Shown here piece by piece: positions 54,230-64,000 of a stretch of 64,000 nucleotides of DNA. The DNA lies in NCBI GenBank assembly GCA_043228905.1, contig JBHGNT010000010.1, forward strand, positions 21,018,001 to 21,082,000, in the 5' to 3' direction. This stretch comes from Azolla caroliniana. Lineage: Eukaryota > Plantae > Polypodiophyta. Positions within the stretch are counted from its first letter, which is position 1; each line of letters opens with the position of its first letter. The translations under genes were made by a program, and so were the position numbers. Under the pieces are notes generated by a model. It was given only the letters and a program-made list of their open reading frames with translations, did no database searches and was not told where the DNA came from.

Positions 54230-54400
54230 TGGATGTAGTTCAATTGGTAAGGTTGTCCAATGGAGACCGGGAAGTCATGGGTTTCAACCCCCACATTCCA
54301 GTGTGGCATCTAGTGATAGTGAATTAAGAGATATGTATGTAGGTAGTAGATAAGTGAGAAATTTGGGTTTCGAACCAAATCCGTAGAACTTCTAGTGAGA
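54230..54400 (+). mobile_element. tRNA-derived SINE-like element
   Basis: GGATGTAGTTCAATTGGTAAG (A-box-like) and CATGGGTTTCAACCCC (B-box-like), then a body shared with 26700-26810; bordered by (GA)n. Confidence 0.6.
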
Positions 54401-54762
54401 GAGAGATGTCTTCTTAGAAGAAAATAAGAGCTTTTCGTGTAAAAGTGGACAAAATTTGATAAAAAAACACAAGCCAAATATTTGCTAAAAAAATAGATTC
54501 TCTTAAATAATTTAGGATTTCCCAAAAAAGAATGTCATTATATCTTGGTTGTCCATTCTCTCCCAACTCTTCTTTTTTAATGCATATATCTTCTTAATAA
54601 TGTCAAAGAGTGACTCGTGAGATACCTTCTACATCCTCATGAAAACAGATGACTAGAAAATAAGTCCATCCATTCAATGTGTTAGTTTTTTCCAGCTTGC
54701 ATTGGGAAATTGGCTGTGTAATATGTAATCTTTGTCAACTTTTAGTAAGCAACAAAAATGTT

Positions 54763-57700
54763 TTAACTTTTCCTAACTTTCTTGGCACTTCTTTGCTTCT
54801 GTCGTTGCCACTTGAGATATATTTGGACCGAAAGTCCTGCAAAAACCATCGTAACTCCACTCCATTGTTGAGCAGATAGAGGGCTCCCAGTCCATATAGA
54901 AGAGACGAGAATGCTCGTGAACTTCCGTGTGGTCGTTATAGTAGTTAATGCCAAAGACCCAAACTTGCTGATAGTGAGAAAAATGAAATTTTGACCAACG
55001 GCTCCACACAAACAAAAGATCATTATATCCCAAGCAGCATCAGGATGCTCCCTACAAAATTGTACAGCTTCAAAGCCACCTCCTCCATTCCAGGCAAACA
55101 TGTATAAAAAGGAAAAGATTGAACCCCATAGGTTCATCCCCAACATGATGTGCCAAGCTGATGTTTGAGGATACCTAGACAAGCAACATATTCAATCGTT
55201 TATAAACCCTCAAAACATAAAGCAACAACATTTTACCATGCATTGAATATGAATTAAAATGTTCTATGACTCATAAGCTACAATTCTACTACCATTCACT
55301 TAATTTGAGTTAGAGTGCTCCATGTCATCATATGCAACCAATCTGTCACCATGCACATACATCCTATGCAACAACTCTTTTACCATGCTATGAACCTGAA
55401 TTAGAAGGGTCAATAATATTAGAATATTAAACATTCATTGTTTGTTTCTACCTAGAAGAAATGGAATCCTGTGTAGCATTTGTGAATCCATCCAATCCCA
55501 GATTAAGAAAGCATAATAAGTAGCCCAATGGTGCATTTGGACTTGCTACTGCCTTTGCCCGACTCTGTTCACAACCATCGTCAATTAGCCATGAATAGCA
55601 ACCACTGCCACACAAATCTCAAGATTCAACATGCATCATCAAATTTCACAAGACATGCATCTTTCAATTTGACCAATACTATCAACATGAAAAAATTTCA
55701 GTGTTCAATTACATTGGCATTTTAAAGAATGCGTCCAAGATTTCTATGCGTTAAATATGTTTATGAAGTGTAACCTTCTTGAACATACATAGTACACTGT
55801 AGAAAGAGTAGAAGGCTTGAAAAGACAATTTTAAAACTAAAGTATATAAGACTATATTTTATAACTTATGGGCTATAACTAATAAACCTACAACCTTTGT
55901 GAGTCAAGAATAGTACTATGTATACCGCAATATATAGATATAGCTGTACGTTTTGGACAGGCATTTTAGCGATTTGCCCATCCATTGTGTATGCATCCTT
56001 GTTGAATGGCAAATTTTTCTTTCCACGTCCATTTTGTGTGCATGCCATAGGACACTTTTTGAAGGCCTTAGATGTGTGGATGGCCATCAAATCTTGATAC
56101 TTCTCCACACCATATAGTAAACACAATACAATTTAAATGTACCTTCATAATGACCTATAATTGGTGCTTACCTTCACAAATGCAAATACCGAAACCCCTC
56201 CAGCCACAAGAAATGTACAAATATATTCTGGCAATGTATAACGCACTCCATATACTAACGTCCCCATCAGCATGACTATTGATGTAAATTAGAGAGTATT
56301 GAGTACATTTCGTATCAAAAGCATGAGGATAAGAATAACTTTATCAGAATTAAAAATACCTGGAATCATCTTGGAAGATTTCACAAGCACCTACATGACA
56401 ACAAATTCAATATTACTTCTCCATGCATCCATTTAGGAGGAACAGAAAAGGTTTAATTAGATTTAAACTAACTAGACTTTTTATTGGAAAACCTGGGCAG
56501 GATAGCTAATATATTTCAACGCCTGGATGCCACATGCAGGTCCAATGGAATTTGTGATACTAGGACTCCAGTAGACCCACAAAGGAGCTTGTCGCTCTTT
56601 TCTTTTATTCCAAATTAGAATCACTGCATATCCAAAAACCTTAAGGTTACTTCAAAGAATATTAAAATAAACCACAGGGTTAACGCAGTTCACAAGTAAT
56701 AGTTCCAGATATCTTAACAAAGCTATGATAGCTCGGAGGAAGTCTTTATCACTATGATGCATTGCAATTTGTGACATGTGCAGAGTGGAGGTTCGAAGTG
56801 GACACCTACAACACATGGCCTTACAAGAAAACGAAAAAAAGAAGCTCCTAATATAAACATAGTGTATAATTGAGAAAGGGTAAACAGAGGAATCAATCAC
56901 TGGCCAACAAATGTAATCGCTGGCAATGGCAATAGAATATTAGACACACAAACAAGTACAAACAAGTACAAACAAGAGATTCAATGACATTTTGGAGCAA
57001 GGGAATGAGTTTCGAGACTAAAGACTAAAAGTAAACATGCATATGCTCATTGTTGATTAATTCACATAGCTATTAATGAGAATCAAGCTCAATTCATGTG
57101 AACAAATGCTTATGGAGAAAAGTGCGATGTGTGAAAAAGTGTGTGAGCACACTTTATTGTAATCTTTGTAAACTATCTAGTTACGTGAAGAACTACATTG
57201 TGATATCTAGTTAGTTGTCAAGTGTAAATGTACTCAAAGAATATTCGATATTCTAATGACAGAATTGTATTCGAGTGGATGTCTATGACTAGACTCCAAC
57301 CACATTTAATGTGGCAGTCCCTTGAGGACTTATATAAAGCCCACTTGGCCCATTGTGTCTTGTTGATGATTTTTAGCCGATAAATATAGTATTCCCCTCA
57401 GTGCACAAGCTTTCATCCCCCCTCATGTGTATTTTTTTTATTTCCAGTTGTTTTCCCTAATTTCTTCTCTTGCTCACACATCCACTCTCTCACACGCACT
57501 ACGCATCCGCACACCCTGACTCTAAGAAAGTTAGAATTCTTTACAGCTATTATCGACATTTAGTGTTATGGCCACTGCCTAAGAGTTGAAGCTGCTTACA
57601 CATAGAATAGAATGTCAACCGTAGAATAATGATCACATGCACAATGCCCCACTCAATGCAGAGATAAAATTGGCACATGCAACAGAATAGAATAAAATAG

Positions 57701-59125
57701 AATGTCAACCGTAAAATAAAATAGAATGTCAACCGTAGAATAATGGTCACATGCACAATGCCCCACTCAATACAGAGATAAAATTGGCACATGCAACAGA
57801 ATAGAATAAAATAGAATGTCAACCGTAGAATAATGGTCATATGCACAATGCCCCACTCAATGCAGAGATAAAATTGGCACATGCAACAGAATAGAATAAA
57901 ATAGAATGTCAACCGTAGAATAATGGTCATATGCACAATGCCCCACTCAATGCAGAGATAAAATTGGCACATGCAACAGAATAGAAGGAAAAAATATATT
58001 GTCAATGCTTATTCTTGTGGCAACTTACTTCCATGAAACAATACTAACTGCATCCTTATCAGAACCCTCCATCATTATATGCGTATAAACCAAGACCATA
58101 TAGCCAGCATAAAATATTACTACATTTCCACAGGAAACTATTCACACACAACAGAAAAGAATAAGAAAATTAACATTATCATACTTAAGTCCTGTGACCG
58201 CTGTCATATAATAAGATAGTCAGCCTTAATACGAGAGAATGTTCCATGATTACTTAAATAAAGAATATCTGTTATTGTGTGTATATTGTTCTTACACTTT
58301 CAATCGATGAAGAGATAAAAACCCTTCAGATGAAACAAACTAAAAGAAAAAGTTGGATTTACAAAGAGGAGATAAGAAACCACTCATTTAATAAGATAGA
58401 TGAAGGTCAAGCAAAAAATTCAAGCCAGTCATATTTATCTCGAATATAACAGAAAAAATAGGAGAAGAAAAACAGGCGTTTTGTTTGTAGAGAGGAGAAC
58501 GGGAAACACTCACTTAGTAAGGACCACATGAAACAGATCACATTCTGCGCAAAGTTCAAGAAAGGAAGGTGCTGGAAACGACGTCCATCTGGACCAAACT
58601 TTTTGATCGATCTGCAGAAAATGGACGCACAGAAGAAGACTTAGAATAAAAGATACAGAAAAAAAATATATGAAAATGAGATGGATCGATCAAGCACATT
58701 GTAAACTTTCTTGAGGATAAGGAGATAATTAGATGCACTGATCCATCATTTTACGTGATTTCTTTGAGGAAGGAAGTAAGAAACACAAGATAACATAATA
58801 TATTTTAATCCATCACTGTACTTATTCTTTGAAAGATGGAGGAAATGGCGTTGATCGATCCATCACTTTATATTATTTATTGACAGAATGATAAAATGGT
58901 AGACCACTTAGGCAGGATTTTCTTGAAAGCAGGATCAAACGAATCGATCGATCATTTTAAAGTCTTACTCTTGGAGAAAAGAGAAAAAAAGAGGTCGATA
59001 ACTTACAGAATTTCTTGAAAGATGCCTTGTGTGAGGTAAGCAGAGAAGATCCCGGCGATACAGAAGACTAGCAGGAGGACTCGCCAAATTCCTGGAGAAG
59101 AAGACGACACAGAAGAGACCGCCAT
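54763..59125 (-). CDS. UDP-galactose/UDP-glucose transporter (UTr1/UTr3-like, SLC35B1 family); about 7 exons
   Basis: MAVSS..LVFCIAGIFSAYLTQGIFQEI|..KFGPDGRRFQHLPFLNFAQNVIC, WSPSITNSIGPACGIQALKYISYPAQ|VLVKSSKMIP, GYLLCFLNLGLDGFTNATQDSI and CGAVGQNFIFLTISKFGSL..TTITTTRKF. C-terminal KKVRKS resembles a dilysine ER-retrieval tail. Confidence 0.93.
57600..57985. repeat. 90-bp tandem repeat, about 4 copies, intronic
   Basis: aaattggcacatgcaacaga at 57781, 57871 and 57961; near-identical units. Confidence 0.95.
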
Positions 59126-59219
59126 GGCCACAGCAAAGCTTCGAAGGCCCTCCTCTTTTACTTCACACTTCTCGTCGTCTCTCTGGTGATCCTTTTCTTT
59201 TCGTCAGTGGTTCTTCTTC

Positions 59220-59477
59220 TGTTCCAAATGCACTGGGTGCCACGTGTCCTCAAAACATTAGTCTGATTCTCGCCGCTGCTCTTCCCATTGGTCCAACCTC
59301 AGCCTGGCCACGTCGATCGTAGATCCACGTGTCATTTTTATTTTCTTTTGTTCCAAATGCACTGGGTGCCACGTGTCCTCAAAAGATTAGTCTGATTGTC
59401 GCTGCTGCTCTTCCCATTGGCCCAGCCGCAGCCTGGCCACGTCGATCGTAGATCCACGTGTCATTTTTATTTTCTTT
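59220..59477 (-). promoter_or_regulatory. Tandemly duplicated 129-bp promoter module of the UTr gene with G-box/ABRE and ERSE/UPRE-like motifs
   Basis: Copies start at 59220 and 59349. On the gene strand each has TGACACGTGG, CGACGTGG, CCAAT and CTAAT-N10-CACG, about 100-350 bp upstream of the ATG. Confidence 0.7.
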
Positions 59478-61440
59478 TTCTTACCTTTATTAGGGACTTT
59501 CCTAAAATGGTCCTTCTTGTTCTCCAAAATATCATATTTGTCCACCTCCTCGCAAGCCCTATCTAGAGAAGTGGTAGGCTATACTAACTAACTACCATGA
59601 GGACGCTTGAAAACATATCCTTAGTAGCAAAAATAAAATTCCCACTTCGAGAAATTTTCAAAAAACATAAGTTTTAATTAGTTCAAGAAAGACGGAGGAT
59701 CTTTATACATATTTCCTTTCCCTCATCTTGTTTGTTGTGACCTGTTTGAGAACAATTTCTCTTCAATTCTTGACGACCATTTGTTTTAATTCACCTCTAC
59801 TCTTAAAATAGTTGTGTATCTTCTCGCTTTACCCCAGGCATCAAGCTCTCGTTCGTTCTTTTCTCCTCCTGTTAATCTAGTCCCAATCTTGCCCATTAGT
59901 AGTTGGCAATAGTTCAATTTGAGCCAAATTGAAACACAAAAAACTTTATTTACCATTGTAATTTTATAACTCGCTCAATTCAGGTTTTTAATTTTGTAAA
60001 CATTTTGGTTTTGCCTGAGGATTTGAGAGTTTGTTTTTAGCCTTCATCAAAGTAATAGTTTGCAGTTTAAGCAACCCCTAATGGTGACTTAAAGGGCCTT
60101 ATGGGTTGCAATTATGATATTTTTGTAATATGAATTAACTTGGTAAAGCTTGGACTCATAACCTATTGACGTAACAAGTTATAACATTTGAGACTCAATA
60201 TGTTCTTATTCCCTTGGTTTATACGTAGAAAACTTTTGGTTAGAAAATTGTTTGTAAAAGAATTGTGCAAAAGTTAACTTAGAACTTCGAAACGGACGCA
60301 TTACCTAAATGTACATATTTCATGTATAACCTTAGGGCATTTCTTAATATTAATGATGTAGTATCCCTTTTGGAAAGGAAAAAAAACATAATATTTTTTC
60401 ATCAAAACCACCCCGCAATAGTGATGTGGTGTGTGTGAAGTTAGAGAAACGCCTACGTTCTATTGACAAAACAATTGAAAGGAGTTTAGAGGAAATGTCA
60501 TCTACAATATACAAGATACAAGATACAATAATAAGGTATGCAAAAGTCAAGTATCTCGAACAAGTGCTAAAAAGCATTTCTATTTTGGTAAGAGATCTCT
60601 TGGCATTTTTGAGAAACAAGTCCAAGCATTGTCAACTAGGATAGCAAACCAAGGGGGCTCGTAGGATGCCTATGAAGACAAAAGGCAATGTGACCATCGA
60701 TCCTAGACTTGCTATGTCGAAACTAAAGGATCTCCTTTCGACGCTCTTTCAACTTTATATCTTTCATCACCTAAAATTCTCGTGCCTATGTAATACAAAT
60801 TATCACTATATGTATCTTGATATCATGCTCTTCTTACTTTATTGTAATGTTGTTGGTTGCTAAAACTCAAATCATATATATCACCTCGAGCCATGTGGAA
60901 TTATCGTAAGCTTTTAGAAGTTTTTTCCATTCATGCATTTGGAAAAATAAAAGTTGACATTTTTGCTCGTTCTGATTTGGCACTTGAATAAGGATTGCAA
61001 CGGAATTTACGGCTTGAAAATTCAAGCACCCAACAAAAATCTATATGAAATTTACCTTAATCCCACAAGAGGTGGATTTCGACTCCATGTGTCTAAGTGT
61101 TCAATGCATCATCACCTTGTGGATTCCATGAGATTTGTGGCATTTTTTGTACATCACTTATACAAGTTATTGGAGAAGAAGTTGCGAGCAAAAGAAGATT
61201 GTTGAATGATGAGAGTCTACCTTATGACACTAAATCCCAAGAAACTCTGTGTCCATGAACAACCAAGTGAATCCATTGCCTTAAGGCCCATAGGTATAGG
61301 GACTAACAAGTAAATCCATTACTTGAAGGCCCACAAGGTGACTCGCATTTCAGGAAAAAGAGAGATGGAAGCAACATGGATGAACGACGCGAATCATTTG
61401 ACTTGTTGAGCATTGTATTACCAAAGGCTTGGGTGTTGCA

Positions 61441-62240
61441 CATGGTTGTTTACATACCCATATTTAACGTTTAAATACATATAGTACCTCATCATTTGTA
61501 TAGTACGTACTATACCTCAATGTTGTTAAGTCAAATATCATGTACATTTGTCCAATATGGTATTTAACGTATTTATAAAAAAACATGTATAATACGTATT
61601 TATAAAGAAAATGTAAGTAAAACCCTAACAAAAAGCAAAAGAAAAAATAGATTTTAGTGAAAAAGAAGCCAAAGGAAGGAAGGAAGAAGAATAGAAGAGA
61701 CGACGATGAAGAAGAAGAGGGAAAAGAAGACATAAACCTGTCTTGAGTGTGATAATCGCAGAAGATAGAAGAAGAAGAAGAAAACGAAGAAAAGAGAAAC
61801 CTATCATGAGTGTGATAATCGTAGACAATTCCTCAATCTATGAAGGCATAATTGTAAATAATTATAATTTGAAGTAGAACATCGTGATACACACGTACAC
61901 TGATTTATAGAATAAGGGAATGTCGACATCCATATTACTACAAGTATTTTAGGATGTGAAAGGTTCAAATGTCTTATATGCATTTTAGGATGTATAACTA
62001 TATTGTACATCACAAAACCGTGTAAACATAGATGTTTTTTACAATATTATAGATATTTTTTAGAAAGGTAAATAATTTTCAAATTCTAGAAGTATTTAAC
62101 GTACTATATGTAAAATAAGTATTTTATAAGTATTTAACATATTAAGAAAACATATTTAACGTATTTTTAAACTGGGAGGTATTATATGGGTATTAATACG
62201 TTAAATACGTATGGTATCCGTACCGTACCTAACAACCTTG
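61441..62240. mobile_element. Non-autonomous hAT element, 800 bp
   Basis: TIRs CATGGTTGTT / AACAACCTTG with a perfect 8-bp TSD gtgttgca (61433-61440 and 62241-62248). tatttaacgt/aatacgt subterminal repeats. Confidence 0.88.
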
Positions 62241-64000
62241 GTGTTGCATTACTCAAAGTTTTGGGTGTTACCTTTTACCCAATTAGGCATTGTTACAACT
62301 TAATTGGTAAAGAGGTTGCATCGAGTTTCCCCTCGTGGAAACCCCATGCAATGAGGAGGAAACATGTGATTATGTCATAAAAAATCATCTTTCTTGGTTA
62401 AAGTTCACAATGATTCACTCATTTCATAGGCACACTCATAATCTTGTGACATTGTGGCTTAACGGTTTGTAAAACTTTTAAAATATTTAGTTTGGGCTTG
62501 CAAATACTCAAACATTTTGGCTTTAACGAGTTTAGTTCTTATATTTTGTGCTCTAGTTTAAGTTTCACGTTTTATAAATGATTTGAGTTTGAGACTCCCA
62601 ACCAAAACTGAATTGTGGCCAAATTGTTGCTCATGTATACGTTACATTAATACATAGCATAACATTCTTATGGTAGTCATATTTCTAGCTTGTTTGCAAA
62701 AAATTGAAACATGTAAACATAATATTCTATCTAAAATATCAAAGATTATATTTTCTTCAAAAAATAAATAGGTCATGAATAATTTATACTCACCACACCT
62801 AGGAAGTTCTCACAATGCTTCTGTCTTAACATGAAATTAGCAAGATGATTGTTATTTGTCTCTGGTTTGCAAGCCAATGAGGTCTCATTTCATGTCTTCT
62901 CAGTTTTCCTCAACTGACTAATCAAACCCAACCTTTTTTTGTTGATTCTTTCTCTTTTCACGAAATTGAAAAAAGTGTCTCTTTAATTTGTGGAAATTAA
63001 ACACATAACCTCCTATTGTTAAATTTTTGCATATTTGGCCCCTTTGCACTTTTGGGATACTTTCAAACTTTTATCTATGTATTAGCGTGAGATTAATACA
63101 AATTACGATGATATTACTTTTGGGGATTTTGTTTTAAAAAAATGCATCCATTACTAGGAACAAAATCAATGCCCCTAAATTGGTTGCATTGTTGGGCAAC
63201 CTCCAACCTTTGGTGATATAAAGATAATACTCCAATTTATGAATGAGATTATTGTATTTGATTTTTAAAACCCATCTCTCTCTCTCATGCACATATAAAA
63301 AAAGTTTTGTGTTGACAAATTGTTTGATATACATACATTTATCTTCGTCCTATTTGGCACAATCATTCTTTTTTGACATAATATTGTTATAATGCATACG
63401 CATTTTATCCATGTATTATGTATGATTTTATAATAATGTATAAGGATAATGGATTATTCATATATTAAGATTACCAAATCTCCCAAGCTATTGAGTCTTA
63501 TGTATATGATCGCTACAAGTAATAAGGATTTATTGATGCACCAATGTAATTTACAGATAGACTAGAGTGGCCACTATTAAGAAAACCATACACATGTTTA
63601 ATATCACAACATTGTTTACGAGGAGGGAAGTATATCATATATTCAATGCGCTTTTAACAAAATGTCATTGACGAAACACAAACATGTTGATGGAGGAGAA
63701 TTATGATGAGTCAATGTCAAGCCAGTTGTTAGAGCATCACAAAGGCTCTTGATACCATACTATTTTTCATTATGTTGACCAATAGCCTTAAACTTTCCAT
63801 GGTGAGATAATACTATATATAAATTAAAATAATACATCAAAGATAGTATGGCCCGTGGTTGACAATTGGCCCATGTTATGGGGGAGGGGAGTTCACCTAC
63901 CATTCATAAACAAATTCTATTATTATTAATCTAGTGACATGGTGCAGACCAAGAGTCACCGATCCCTATATTTTAGATTCAATTGTGATGGATTGAAATT

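Noticed and set aside
54230-54300. Functional tRNA gene
   Set aside because: No convincing acceptor or anticodon stems, and it continues into a repeated SINE-like body.
57550-58005. 151-aa hydrophobic repetitive ORF
   Set aside because: Translation of a 90-bp intronic tandem repeat.
60350-61400. Short ORFs, possible transposon remnant
   Set aside because: No motif I can identify with confidence.

Overview
AT-rich land-plant genomic DNA with spliceosomal introns, microsatellites and decayed LINE/LTR/hAT elements. The lineage (possibly fern or lycophyte) is an inference only. Recognisable minus-strand genes: an LRR receptor-like kinase (ZAR1/LRR-III type), a CIB/BEE/HBI1-class bHLH factor, a plastid ABC1 kinase (ABC1K5/At1g71810-like) whose introns carry nested retroelement and hAT insertions, a UDP-Gal/UDP-Glc transporter (UTr1/UTr3-like) with a duplicated UPR-like promoter module, and the first exon of a Ser-rich gene at the left edge. 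The standout is a plus-strand locus at about 28268-36750 that the ORF track misses. It is a gene of about 40 short, tandemly duplicated, almost all phase-0 exons encoding a repetitive, probably disordered protein. It has weak GTT/GC donors, a recurrent stem-loop over the 5' splice site, one 33-nt spacer too short to splice normally, and higher-order exon-module repeats, so it is a candidate combinatorial-splicing system. All exon boundaries were read by eye and need RNA-seq confirmation.
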